Shown piece by piece: positions 27,755-37,541 of a DNA stretch of 53,092 nucleotides. Source of the stretch: Candidatus Pacearchaeota archaeon (lineage in GTDB: Archaea; Nanobdellota; Nanobdellia; Pacearchaeales; GW2011-AR1); assembly GCA_016866995.1 (NCBI GenBank), contig VGKQ01000005.1, forward strand, positions 1 through 53,092, read 5' to 3'. The notes under the pieces are model-generated. The model was not told where the DNA came from. It ran no database searches and worked only from the letters and a program-made list of their open reading frames with translations. Both the position numbers and the translations under genes were made by a program. Positions within the stretch are counted from its first letter, which is position 1; each line of letters begins with the position of its first letter.

Positions 27755-30477
27755 AATGGCTTGCCTGCATAAAAAAGATTCTGGTTAGAATAAGTATAGC
27801 TTAGATAATCCGGATTTGCCTGCATGTCTTGCGGGAAGCTTATGTTCCAGATTTTTATCGGTCCAAGAATATCATTATTATACAATGCAAAATCTCCAAT
27901 TCCAATGCCTTGCTCTCTCAAATTCTGAATTCTAAGATCGGGCTCATTATGAACAAGATGGAAATATTCCCCCTCCCCAAGAAGATATAATCTTACCCAT
28001 AATGCATTCAGGTTTTTCTCGCTTAAATATAATCCTGCCCCAATATTGCTTATTCCCGTGTTTGTTACTTGTGGCATTATAAATATCCCGCTTGGCAATC
28101 CTGTTTGAAAGTCATAGCTTTTGTTATTGTAAAAAACATATCTCATTGGTATTTTTATATATCTGTTATTATATACAAATAATGCTGTAGGCTGATGAAC
28201 AGCAACACTTCCGTTAATATTTGCAATTGGCAGAAGAATTCCGCCTATTCCTGCTTTTTGTGCAGGCATAATTATCTTTGTTGAATTATCATTCCATATT
28301 ATGTCTGCGTCAGTTGCAACTCCTCCTCTGTAAAGATAAATTGTCTCATTCTTTGTTTCTTGCGTCTGAGTTTCGTCAATTGTAAATGTTCCTATCCACG
28401 AATATCTGTCATAATTTTCATCACTTCCTATGCTTGAATATGCCCCATATTTTCCAATCTCAGTTGAGTCAATAAGAAAGTATGTTGAATTATGAGTATA
28501 CATAAATTCAAGAGCCTCTCGTTCTGTCTTCCCTGTCAGGACATGCCTTCCCATTAGATGATCCCAGTAAGCAATGGCATTTCCTCCATCTAACACAGTT
28601 GCTCTCTCTCCCATTGTCTGCACCCAGTATCCATAATCCCACCAGTGGCTGAATACAGCATCTTTCGGAGTGTTATTTCTAACCCACTCCATTGCTTTTT
28701 GCCACTGGTTGCTGTATATTGATGGAATATAAATCATCGCGCTGTTTTTTGTGACTTGATAATCATAATACATAGTATAAATTGAAGCAATTACAACAAC
28801 AATTGCAACAACCCATGCCAGTACTTTTATTATTTCATCTTCTGCCTTTCTTGCTCTTAAAAAATTGTCTACTATAAAATAACCAATGATAATTGCTGCT
28901 ACAGGAGCTAAAACCATAATTAATCTTATTGCGCTTCTTGCAGCTATAATTGTAAGAAAAAACAGAATAAATATAAGAATATGGTTGAAATCAATGCTTT
29001 TTAATAACTCATTTTGATTTTCTTTTTTATATTTATAATATACATATAGGAAAACAATTCCAAACAAGATTATACCTCCAAAATAAACAAATTTGCTTGT
29101 AAAACTGGCTCCATCAAATACGCTTGAAGAAGAATATCTGCTGAATATCAAACAAAAAAGAAAGATTGTATATGCAACAGTCAAAAGCCATTTTTCATTT
29201 CTCTTTAAATTTCCAACTGTTTCGTAAAACAAAAATATGCTGCCTATAAAAAACAGCCAGAAAAATAATGGAATTCCATAAACAACCGGGCCAAACTCTC
29301 TTGCCCACTCTCCAAAATACGGCTGCCTGTTTTCTGCAACTGTAAAAGAAATTCTGTCTTCATATGGCACTGTTAAATGAGTTATTATATCTCCTACAAC
29401 CCCTGGAACAAAGCCAATTCCAAATTTGATTGAAGCAATTATAATGATAATTATAAAAGCAGAAATAATTGATATAATTTGTTCAGGTAGCTTGATTTTT
29501 TCTTTAATCTTATTAATAAATCCAGTGTCTTTTAATTTTGTTTTAAAAATAATAAAATCAACAATAAGAACAAGCCAAAGGGCAAATGCCATGCTTGTTG
29601 ATGAGCTTGTAACTAGGCTCTGCAGCGTAATTCTTAAAGTAAAAGGAAGAGTAAAAATCATCATTGAAATAAGCCACAAACTGTAAATTACAAGCTCTCT
29701 TTTCCCTGTTTTTCCAAGAATAAATACAAGAAAAACAGAAACACTGAGAATAATAAATATAAACACCCATGCGCCCCATATTAATCCCATTAATGCTGTT
29801 GCTAATCCGGCAAATATGCTGTTAATTATCATTGAGTAAGTTTTTTTCGCCTTCCATGCGCAAAGGAAGAAATAAAATGTTGCAAAGAAAAATGCAAACC
29901 CGGCTGATTCTTTTTCTGGAATTCCTGCTATTGTTCTTGAAAGAAGTGAAGGAAGAATAATCATTAAAGCTGTGGATATAAGAGCAATAATATTTGAGGT
30001 ATTTTTTCCTTTTCCTTCAAATATCTTCCTCACAAGCAGGAAGAAAAATACTGCAGTAAATACAGACATTACAACAGGAAAGATTACTGCAGTATATTCT
30101 ATTGTTGCTTGAGAATTAAACCATTTAACAGGAGTATGAAGCCATGCAATCATATAAGGCAGCAATCTTGTTTCCCCTGCAGTAACATACCCAAAAGGAA
30201 CATATCTCATCATATCATTAATCATCAAGCTTCCTTGTTCAACTATATATTTTGCATACCTAAAGAATAAAAATGGGTCTAAATCTGGCCCAAGCGTCCA
30301 GTTATTTGTAGTTATATCCCACAAACCAGGATGCCCGTTGATAATTCTCATAGGCAGTGTCCTGATATAAACATTAATTGCAATTATAACCCCAAGTATT
30401 AAATAGTAAATCCAGGATATTTTTCCTTTCAAAAAATTTTTCGCCTTAATTTTTCTTTCTTCTATTGTCTCTTCCAT
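27751..30477 (-). CDS. aglB: Oligosaccharyltransferase STT3/AglB
   Basis: DLDP, EKE, TVAE, WWDYGYW, DGGN, DSTEIGK motifs; N-terminal multi-TM region. Confidence 0.96.
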   Translation of the reverse strand: MEETIEERKIKAKNFLKGKISWIYYLILGVIIAINVYIRTLPMRIINGHPGLWDITTNNWTLGPDLDPFLFFRYAKYIVEQGSLMINDMMRYVPFGYVTAGETRLLPYMIAWLHTPVKWFNSQATIEYTAVIFPVVMSVFTAVFFFLLVRKIFEGKGKNTSNIIALISTALMIILPSLLSRTIAGIPEKESAGFAFFFATFYFFLCAWKAKKTYSMIINSIFAGLATALMGLIWGAWVFIFIILSVSVFLVFILGKTGKRELVIYSLWLISMMIFTLPFTLRITLQSLVTSSSTSMAFALWLVLIVDFIIFKTKLKDTGFINKIKEKIKLPEQIISIISAFIIIIIIASIKFGIGFVPGVVGDIITHLTVPYEDRISFTVAENRQPYFGEWAREFGPVVYGIPLFFWLFFIGSIFLFYETVGNLKRNEKWLLTVAYTIFLFCLIFSRYSSSSVFDGASFTSKFVYFGGIILFGIVFLYVYYKYKKENQNELLKSIDFNHILIFILFFLTIIAARSAIRLIMVLAPVAAIIIGYFIVDNFLRARKAEDEIIKVLAWVVAIVVVIASIYTMYYDYQVTKNSAMIYIPSIYSNQWQKAMEWVRNNTPKDAVFSHWWDYGYWVQTMGERATVLDGGNAIAYWDHLMGRHVLTGKTEREALEFMYTHNSTYFLIDSTEIGKYGAYSSIGSDENYDRYSWIGTFTIDETQTQETKNETIYLYRGGVATDADIIWNDNSTKIIMPAQKAGIGGILLPIANINGSVAVHQPTALFVYNNRYIKIPMRYVFYNNKSYDFQTGLPSGIFIMPQVTNTGISNIGAGLYLSEKNLNALWVRLYLLGEGEYFHLVHNEPDLRIQNLREQGIGIGDFALYNNDILGPIKIWNISFPQDMQANPDYLSYTYSNQNLFYAGKPF

Positions 30478-30507
30478 ATCAAAAATTCTAAAAGATTTAA
30501 CTTCTTT

Positions 30508-30645
30508 TTATTCATCAAGACTGCTTAGAATTTCATCAGCATTCTGCTCTTTTTCCATTGCTTTTCTGTCGCAGTTAGGGCATTTTATAGGAGCTTTTTC
30601 TCTTTCTATAGCAAACCTGCAGTTTTTGCATACATATCTTGTCAT
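30508..30645 (-). CDS. 45-aa zinc-ribbon/rubredoxin-like microprotein (absent from the ORF track)
   Basis: MTRYVCKNCRFAIEREKAPIKCPNCDRKAMEKEQNADEILSSLDE, two CxxC; TATA-like TTTAAATA about 25 nt upstream. Confidence 0.75.
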   Translation of the reverse strand: MTRYVCKNCRFAIEREKAPIKCPNCDRKAMEKEQNADEILSSLDE

Positions 30646-30795
30646 TTTATATCTAAAATATAGGCATATTTAAATTTAATTGCTCTTCAATGATATTAAA
30701 TTTTGCAATTAAATTTACATTGGATAATAAGCAATAAATTATATTAACTATAATTAGTTAAACTGCTGATAATATTTTAGTATAAAATTAAAATA

Positions 30796-31653
30796 TCAGA
30801 ATAATAAAGGAGTTATAAAAACTTCTATTAAGCCAGCTATAAAAAGAACAATTACTGCAAGAATTAGCAAGTTTAATGAATCTTGTAAAATATTCCAGAA
30901 CTTGTCGCTTCTAATATCATGTTTTATTACTGCTATTGAGACAATCCCTCCTGCCAATGCAGCAATAAAATAGGCTGCAATTTCAGGCAAGCCATGAATC
31001 ATAAATCTTGCAATTCCTAAAGGCAGGTCATAGAGATTTGATTTTGAAAATATTCCAACAGCAGCAGCTATGACAGAAGCATTCCATGCAAGAACAAATA
31101 TAGCTCCTGCTCCAAATATAAGAGAAAATACAAGTGTAAAAATAAGAACATAGATATTATTTGCAAAAATCATAAAAAATTTCTCTTTTGCAGTTAAAAA
31201 CGCAGTGGGTGTTGTCTTGCCTTTTACACCATAATCTGCAACACACTCATTGAAATTTGCAGGCCTGTTTATCATGCAGTATGTCTCAATCTGCGCCTTG
31301 AAGCTCATATTTGAAGCAAGCACCATATACCAAAATGAAAATGCTATAATAAAACCGAGAAAGAGAAATAAGAAAGAATAAAGAGCTTTCATATGCTCTT
31401 TTATTATTTTGAACATTCCTTCATACTTAATGTCCTTCTCTTCTTCATTTTTAATTGCATAATACATAAATGGAATAGAAAACATTACTGTAAATGTCAC
31501 GACAAGTATTCCTGAATATTTTGAAAGAACAGCATCGCCAGCAAAAATCCAGTTTACAAGCAAAATAGAAAGTGTTGCATAAAATATCCCTATAAAAAGC
31601 ATTTCCCATGGCTCTCTTTCTGCCTTTCTCGGGCTCAGTATCATTTCTAGCAT
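30796..31653 (-). CDS. SpoIIM/DUF95-family membrane protein
   Basis: IFANN, WNASVI, HGLPE..AYFIAALAG, AGLIEVFITP. Confidence 0.85.
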   Translation of the reverse strand: MLEMILSPRKAEREPWEMLFIGIFYATLSILLVNWIFAGDAVLSKYSGILVVTFTVMFSIPFMYYAIKNEEEKDIKYEGMFKIIKEHMKALYSFLFLFLGFIIAFSFWYMVLASNMSFKAQIETYCMINRPANFNECVADYGVKGKTTPTAFLTAKEKFFMIFANNIYVLIFTLVFSLIFGAGAIFVLAWNASVIAAAVGIFSKSNLYDLPLGIARFMIHGLPEIAAYFIAALAGGIVSIAVIKHDIRSDKFWNILQDSLNLLILAVIVLFIAGLIEVFITPLLF

Positions 31654-31830
31654 CTTTGTATAAGAAAGCCAGAATATTTAAATTCTACTAATAATCCTTA
31701 ATTATCTTCAATTTATCAATAATTTTTATTTAATTGCAATAAAATTAATGTAATCTCTTAAATAACTTAAATATAAGCTAATAACAGATAATTTAGGAAG
31801 CTTTTTATACAATCTTTTTGTTTTGCTGTT

Positions 31831-32400
31831 ATGAATATAGAAAAATTTAAGCATAAATATTTTGACAAAAAACACTGGCAAAATCATCCAGCAAAATATT
31901 CTGAAGATTTTTCTTGTTTTCTGAAAAGCAAGAATTTTAAGGGAATGGTAGTTGATATTGGATGCGGAAATGGAAGGGATGTTAATTTATTTTCTAAAAA
32001 TGGATTCAGGGTTTTGGGCATAGATAATTCAGAGGAAGAGATTTTATTTGCAAAAAGCAATTTTCCTGATTTGAACTTTGAAGTCCAGAACGCAGAGACT
32101 TTAAATTTCCCAGACAATTCTATTGGCGCATTTTTTATGATTAATGTCATTCATTTTCTAAATCAGAAAAAAGCTTTAAATGAGATATTTAGGGCATTAA
32201 AACCTGGAGGATACTTCTTTGTTCATTTTAACCTATCAGTAATAGATGCAAAAGGAAATATATATTACAGACAGAATACTAAAAGCGTCCTTAATCTTGT
32301 CTCAAAATTTAAAATTATTTCGCAGAAGATTTTTGAGAGAGAAGACAGCAAGCCAATATGCCATAAGCATAAGATACTTGAATTGATATTAACTAAGTAA
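31831..32400 (+). CDS. Class I SAM-dependent methyltransferase
   Basis: VDIGCGNG, GIDNS, RALKPGG. Confidence 0.88.
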   Translation: MNIEKFKHKYFDKKHWQNHPAKYSEDFSCFLKSKNFKGMVVDIGCGNGRDVNLFSKNGFRVLGIDNSEEEILFAKSNFPDLNFEVQNAETLNFPDNSIGAFFMINVIHFLNQKKALNEIFRALKPGGYFFVHFNLSVIDAKGNIYYRQNTKSVLNLVSKFKIISQKIFEREDSKPICHKHKILELILTK

Positions 32401-32431
32401 GATTTTTATAGCACATTAATCTAATTTTATC

Positions 32432-33292
32432 ATGAAAAATAAAAAGAGATTTGACAAGATACTTGAGGATATAAAAAAAATAAAAATTCAGGGAGCCAGA
32501 AATATTGCAAAAGCCGCCCTGTATGCGTGTTCTCTTTCTGATTGTTCTGTTAATCAAGACTCAAGAAAAAAATTAATTAATGCAAGAGTTACAGAGCCAA
32601 TGCTTGTCAATGTTCTTCATAAATATAAAAATCTTGGATATAAAAAAACTCTTGCTCATTTTGATTATGCCCAAGAAAAGATAAATTTGCTAGTTTTAAA
32701 AATAATAAAAAATAATTCAGTTATTTTCACTCACTGCCATTCAACAAATGTCATTTCTAGTTTAATTTATTCAAGAAAAAAAGGAAAGAAGTTTGAAGTT
32801 TATAATACAGAGACAAGGCCATTATTTCAAGGAAGAATGACTGCGAGAGAATTGGAAAAAGCAGGAATAAAAGTCACAATGTTTCTTGACTCTGCAATTG
32901 ACATTGCTCTTGAAAAAAAACAAGGAACAAGAAAAGCAGATATTGTTCTGCTTGGTGCAGATGCCATACTGAAAGAAGGAATAATAAATAAAGTAGGAAG
33001 TGGAATGATAGCCGAGCTTGCAAGTTTTCACAAAATTCCTTTATATATTGTTGCAGATTCCTGGAAATACTCATCTCACCATATTCCAATTGAAGAGAGA
33101 GATTTTCATGAAGCATGGGCAAGAGTTCCCCGGCATATAAGAGTGAGAAATCCTGCTTTCGAGCTGATAGAAAAAAAATATATCAAGAAAATTATATCAG
33201 AGCTTGGAATTTTAAGCTATGATAAATTTTTGAGGAAAATAAAAAATAGAAAGATTTATAAACCTATAAGGGTACATAGTTATCATAAATGA
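32432..33292 (+). CDS. Ribose-1,5-bisphosphate isomerase / eIF2B-family protein
   Basis: KIQGA, FTHCHS (Cys), ETRP.FQG, GADAI (Asp), NKVGS, NPAFE. Confidence 0.85.
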   Translation: MKNKKRFDKILEDIKKIKIQGARNIAKAALYACSLSDCSVNQDSRKKLINARVTEPMLVNVLHKYKNLGYKKTLAHFDYAQEKINLLVLKIIKNNSVIFTHCHSTNVISSLIYSRKKGKKFEVYNTETRPLFQGRMTARELEKAGIKVTMFLDSAIDIALEKKQGTRKADIVLLGADAILKEGIINKVGSGMIAELASFHKIPLYIVADSWKYSSHHIPIEERDFHEAWARVPRHIRVRNPAFELIEKKYIKKIISELGILSYDKFLRKIKNRKIYKPIRVHSYHK

Positions 33293-33300
33293 TAACTATG
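33275..33300. promoter_or_regulatory. Perfect 12-bp inverted repeat, putative AbiEi operator
   Basis: CATAGTTATCAT-aa-ATGATAACTATG between TTTATAAA (about 33255) and the abiEi ATG. Confidence 0.72.
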
Positions 33301-33319
33301 GTTTATTGAAAGTTAAAAA

Positions 33320-34033
33320 ATGAATAAAATTAGACTAATAAAAGAATTAAGCAGATACCCTGTCTTTAATATTAAAATCTTAAAAGAACTGACAGGGAAG
33401 AGCCGAGAGTATGCCAAATTAATTGCATACAGGCTAAAAAAAGAGAGTCTTATATACGAAATAGAAAGAAACAAATACGCTTCTCAAAAAGACCCTCTAA
33501 TAATGGCAAGTAACATAATTTGGCCATCCTATATTTCTTTATGGTCATCTTTAAGATATTATAATCTAACCGAACAGCTTCCAAAAGATGTTTTTGTGAT
33601 AACAACAAGAGCAAGGAAAAAGAGAATAATAAATCTTGAAAATTCAAGAATAATCTTTATTCGAATAAATCCAAAATATTTTTTTGGGTATAATAAAGAA
33701 ATTTATAATGGATTTGATGTATTTATTGCTGAAAAAGAAAAAGCATTAATCGACTCTGCTTTGTTTAAAAAAATTTCTTTTTCAGAAATTTGTGAAATTG
33801 TTAAGAAAAATAAGGAAAATTTGGATATAGATTTGCTTGCAAAATATTTAATTAAAACTAGAAATAAATCTTTAATAAAAAGATTTGGCTTCTTGCTTGA
33901 AACTATGGGATTTAATTATTATAACAAATTTAAAGCATCAATTAATCATAAATATACTCCATTAGAATATGCTATTAAGGCAAAGGGTGAAAAAATAAAA
34001 AAGTGGAGAATAATCAAAAATGTTGACATATGA
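33320..34033 (+). CDS. abiEi: Type IV TA antitoxin, AbiEi-like
   Basis: N-terminal wHTH, PSYISLWSSL.YY.LTEQLP, FFGY, AEKEKALID. Confidence 0.85.
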   Translation: MNKIRLIKELSRYPVFNIKILKELTGKSREYAKLIAYRLKKESLIYEIERNKYASQKDPLIMASNIIWPSYISLWSSLRYYNLTEQLPKDVFVITTRARKKRIINLENSRIIFIRINPKYFFGYNKEIYNGFDVFIAEKEKALIDSALFKKISFSEICEIVKKNKENLDIDLLAKYLIKTRNKSLIKRFGFLLETMGFNYYNKFKASINHKYTPLEYAIKAKGEKIKKWRIIKNVDI

Positions 34034-34781
34034 CGAACTTGAGAATATAGCAAGACTAAAAAGATTATCTTTAATTAATGCTGAAAAAGATTATCTGCAA
34101 AATCTGATATTATTCAGCATATATTCAATTGCAGGAAAAGAGCTTATTTTCAAAGGAGGAACATGCTTGTATAAAATCTATAAGTTGGACAGATTTTCTG
34201 AAGACTTGGATTTTACTTTGACTGAAAGACTGGACATTAAAAAAATTGCAGAAAAGATAATCTCTGACTTGATGCTTCTTAACATAAAAGGAAAAGTAAA
34301 GGAGATTAAAGAGTATCCAAATGAGATAAATGTAAGACTCTTATTTAACGGCCCTCTTTATAAGGGAAGCAAAGAAACGCAATGCTTTATTCCATTGAAT
34401 ATGAGCATGAAAGAAAATATTTTAACAGAGCCAAAAAGAGAATTTATTGTTTCTTTGTACAAAGAAATTCCTAATTTTTATGTATTTGCAATGTCTGAAG
34501 ATGAAATTTTAGCTGAAAAAATTAGGGCAATAATGTCAAGATTAAAGCCAAGAGATATTTATGACTTGTTTTTTCTCTTGAATAAAGATGCTAAGTTTGA
34601 CATAAATCTTGTAAATAAAAAACTCTCCTTATACCACTTAAAGTTTGACAAAAAAGAATTTATCCACAGAATAGAAAAAATGAGAGGTTTATGGCAGATT
34701 GATTTGAAAAATTTAATATCTTCTGAATTAGAATTTGACAAAGCTAAGAAAATTATTCTTGCCAAAATAAATCAGTTTTGA
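34020..34781 (+). CDS. abiEii: AbiEii/AbiGii nucleotidyltransferase toxin
   Basis: EKDY, FKGGT.L, RFSEDLDF, EILAEK, R.KPRDIYD. Confidence 0.93.
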   Translation: MLTYDELENIARLKRLSLINAEKDYLQNLILFSIYSIAGKELIFKGGTCLYKIYKLDRFSEDLDFTLTERLDIKKIAEKIISDLMLLNIKGKVKEIKEYPNEINVRLLFNGPLYKGSKETQCFIPLNMSMKENILTEPKREFIVSLYKEIPNFYVFAMSEDEILAEKIRAIMSRLKPRDIYDLFFLLNKDAKFDINLVNKKLSLYHLKFDKKEFIHRIEKMRGLWQIDLKNLISSELEFDKAKKIILAKINQF

Positions 34782-34812
34782 TGAGTTTTTGAGAAAAGTT
34801 AGGAAATAAAAA

Positions 34813-35392
34813 TTAAATTACATCCTGCCAACAAGAATTGGCACAACCATATTTCAAATACTGTTTATAAGACGCTTTTGATGCTGTACCTGTATTCACG
34901 ATAGTAACACAGTCTTTTCCTTTTGTCCCAGAAGCATCACTACAAGTAATTGCACTCCATATATTTGAACTAGGCATCATCCCTTTAAAGTTTCCACTTT
35001 TCAAAGAAGCATCTCTATCTGTAGAACATTTATCAAAGCAAGTTGGATTTATACAATCTGTAAAGCTTCCAGTTTTACACTCTCCAACCCACCCAATTGA
35101 CGCTCCTCTTCCTGAAGAATAGTCTGGCCTACAATTTGGTTGGGGGCAACTTCCAGAAGGGCATTGATTTATGCAACTGAAAAAAGCCGAGTAAATTATA
35201 TCTAATGGATTGCTTTGATTAATTTTACTTGAAGATTTTACATTATTTTCAGGATTGCTTGCAGCTGAAGTGTTTGATGCTGGACTATTAGATTCTTGAT
35301 TGCTTTGTTTATTTCCCAGGAAAATATAACCTGCAATACCTGCAACAACTAATACTGCAATTACTATGATTACCAAAAAAAGTTTTATTCAT
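34813..35392 (-). CDS. Membrane-anchored Cys-rich (12 Cys) surface protein; ATG at 35392 is out of frame by one extra T in a T7 run (alternative TTG start 35376)
   Basis: N-terminal TM helix, Ser/Asn-rich linker, 12 Cys; removing one T gives MNKTFLVIIVIAVLVV. Confidence 0.65.
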
Positions 35393-35394
35393 TC

Positions 35395-35865
35395 TCATCC
35401 AACATTTATCTGAACTTTTTTTGAAACATCAATTCCCATAGGAACATCCAAAAAAGCTACAACATACCACTTAATCTGGCTGCTCACACCTGAAAGAATT
35501 TGGGCTGATTTAATTATAGTGCCCGCGATTCCTTCCCCAATATCCGACTGAGTTAAAACATTTTTGGGAATTTTTATCTTAAAATTATATGTAAAATTTC
35601 CAGAATAATCTTTTTCTCCGCTTAATGGCTGAACAAAATCAAAAACATACCCCATACTTTTATTAACATTCGTTTTAGAATTAAATAAAGCACTTCCTCC
35701 TATCTTTGTTTCTTTTTTTACTCCAATTAATCTTACTTTAGCTCCTCTTGCATGCACAACTTTTTTAAGAGTGAATACTGCTTTTCCACTAACAGTATCT
35801 CCTGGAGAAAAATCATATTTATCTAGCTGAATATCTACACTCCCTTTTCCAAATGGCCAAAACAT
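35395..35865 (-). CDS. Arrestin-N/Spo0M-like beta-sandwich protein
   Basis: G.VDIQLDK..FSPGDTVSG, Y.F.IKIP, KWYV.A.LDVP.GID. Confidence 0.6.
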   Translation of the reverse strand: MFWPFGKGSVDIQLDKYDFSPGDTVSGKAVFTLKKVVHARGAKVRLIGVKKETKIGGSALFNSKTNVNKSMGYVFDFVQPLSGEKDYSGNFTYNFKIKIPKNVLTQSDIGEGIAGTIIKSAQILSGVSSQIKWYVVAFLDVPMGIDVSKKVQINVG

Positions 35866-35899
35866 AATTTAAAATAGAAAAGTTAATTAATAAATCTTT

Positions 35900-36289
35900 C
35901 TAATTCTTCTCTTTTCTTGCTTCCTCAACTAATTCTGCAAGTTCTGAATTCAAATGCTCAAGATTATGAACAAAATTTTCCTTCAAATCATTCATTTCTT
36001 CAATCTGCTTGTCTATAATCTTGCTTGTTTCTTCAGGAGTTTTTCTTACAACAATCTTGCTTCCCACATTTACAAATAATTTTTCATCATCTATTTTAGT
36101 TTTTATAAACACGCCTCTTCCAAGATTAGCCAGCATTTCCTTATTCTTGCTCTTTTCAATATTTTTGAAGCACGACTTCAAGTTCTCAAGCTCTCCAGTT
36201 TGGCTGTCAATTGTTTCTATCTGCTGCTTTATCTCATTAGATTGCTGTTCAATCAAGCTCAGCTTGAATAATATTTCTTCTTTGCTCAT
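35900..36289 (-). CDS. pfdA: Prefoldin alpha subunit
   Basis: Coiled coils flanking LANLGRGVFIK...FVNVGSKIVVRK beta hairpins. Confidence 0.9.
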   Translation of the reverse strand: MSKEEILFKLSLIEQQSNEIKQQIETIDSQTGELENLKSCFKNIEKSKNKEMLANLGRGVFIKTKIDDEKLFVNVGSKIVVRKTPEETSKIIDKQIEEMNDLKENFVHNLEHLNSELAELVEEARKEKN

Positions 36290-36426
36290 ATTTTTCTTGT
36301 GTTTATGGAGTATATAAATTATTGCTTCTACTATTAATCTGCAACTTAATTTTTATTCTTACAATTAACCCACAAACAATATTAAACATTTTATCAAAAT
36401 AAGAGTTAATAACAGAAGATTTTGTT

Positions 36427-36957
36427 TTAAGCAACTTTCAAAATCTTCCTGAAAAAAGAGTTGAAAATAATTGAGAGAACAAGGTAAATCCAAACCCATT
36501 TTGGAAATATAAGAAATGTTGAGTTTAACGCAGAGCCTGTGAAATAATCCCCAAACCATCTGAATAAAAGGACAAAAGGAATAAATGTATAAAGCAAAGG
36601 CCTCATTGTATGCTGCATCATTTCAGGCATCTTCTCCATCTGCTTCCTGTTCAGTTCAAGCATTTTTTCAGGCTGGTTTTTTAATTTTTTTATTTCTTCC
36701 TGAATCTGTTTCTGTTCTGCCTTAATCTTCCTTATTGTTTCCTGGTCTGTTGCATATTTTTGTATAATTGTTGTCACAAATGTAAGAAAAGCACACAGCA
36801 GAATAATCCCAAGATAAAAATTCAAGTCAAGAAGCCAGCCGGCACTCGGGTCAAGAATATAATGAACAGAGCTTTTTATTATTGGAATGCTGTTCCACAT
36901 AAATGCAATTCCCAGGCTGAGTGCCATTATCAAGAATAAAATTCCCATTCCTTTCAT
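36427..36957 (-). CDS. DUF106 / EMC3-Get1-TMCO1 (Oxa1 superfamily) membrane insertase-like protein
   Basis: TM, TDQE coiled coil, MRPLLYTFIP, W.WIY...S..FRK; usual position downstream of secY. Confidence 0.85.
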   Translation of the reverse strand: MKGMGILFLIMALSLGIAFMWNSIPIIKSSVHYILDPSAGWLLDLNFYLGIILLCAFLTFVTTIIQKYATDQETIRKIKAEQKQIQEEIKKLKNQPEKMLELNRKQMEKMPEMMQHTMRPLLYTFIPFVLLFRWFGDYFTGSALNSTFLIFPKWVWIYLVLSIIFNSFFRKILKVA

Positions 36958-37021
36958 AAAAAATAAAAGTGAATTGGGTTTTTAAAGCTTCAGAATTAAA
37001 TCTTTCACTTAAAGTATCACG

Positions 37022-37336
37022 TTAAGGAACAAAAGTTTCTAATTTTCCTGTCTCCTTTTTTTGTATTCCTCTAAGAACTATTGGCTCAACCTCTCGTATT
37101 CCTTTTTCAGTTCCATATAAAAAAACATGAAATAAAACCTTGGTTCCAAGATAATATGGAACTCCATATCTTACAGACTGAGCTGTCACATTTTGTTTGT
37201 GAAAATAATGTAATGTTGAATAATTATCACCTCCTCCCTCCCAAACTTTTTCCACACCTTCTTGAGCTTCAATAAACTCAATTAAACTTACTATTCCAAA
37301 ATTAGTCATTGTTTCAGAAAATATTTGTTTTTTCAT
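37022..37336 (-). CDS. Orphan hypothetical protein between secY and DUF106
   Basis: 104-aa ORF with TATA-like TTAAATA about 28 nt upstream; no recognisable motif. Confidence 0.6.
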   Translation of the reverse strand: MKKQIFSETMTNFGIVSLIEFIEAQEGVEKVWEGGGDNYSTLHYFHKQNVTAQSVRYGVPYYLGTKVLFHVFLYGTEKGIREVEPIVLRGIQKKETGKLETFVP

Positions 37337-37407
37337 AAATTTTCGTATCCATGGTATTATTTAAGCATTTGTCTTTTACAAAATATATAACAGAAAAAAA
37401 CAGCAGA

Positions 37408-37541
37408 AGAAATTTACCCCATAAATTTCTTCATCTTGAACTTATCAAAGTGAGAGAGGCAGAAATTTACCCCATAAATTTCTTCATCTTGAACTTATCA
37501 AAGTGAGAGAGGCAGAAATTTACCCCATAAATTTCTTCATC
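37408..37541. repeat. 53-bp tandem repeat (2.5 copies) duplicating the secY 3' end
   Basis: AGAAATTTACCCCATAAATTTCTTCATC at 37408, 37461 and 37514, separated by an identical 25-bp segment. Confidence 0.92.

Noticed and set aside
37408-37541. CRISPR-like palindromic 28-bp repeats with 25-bp spacers
   Set aside because: Spacers are identical, the repeat is the secY coding end, and no cas genes are present; treated as a tandem repeat
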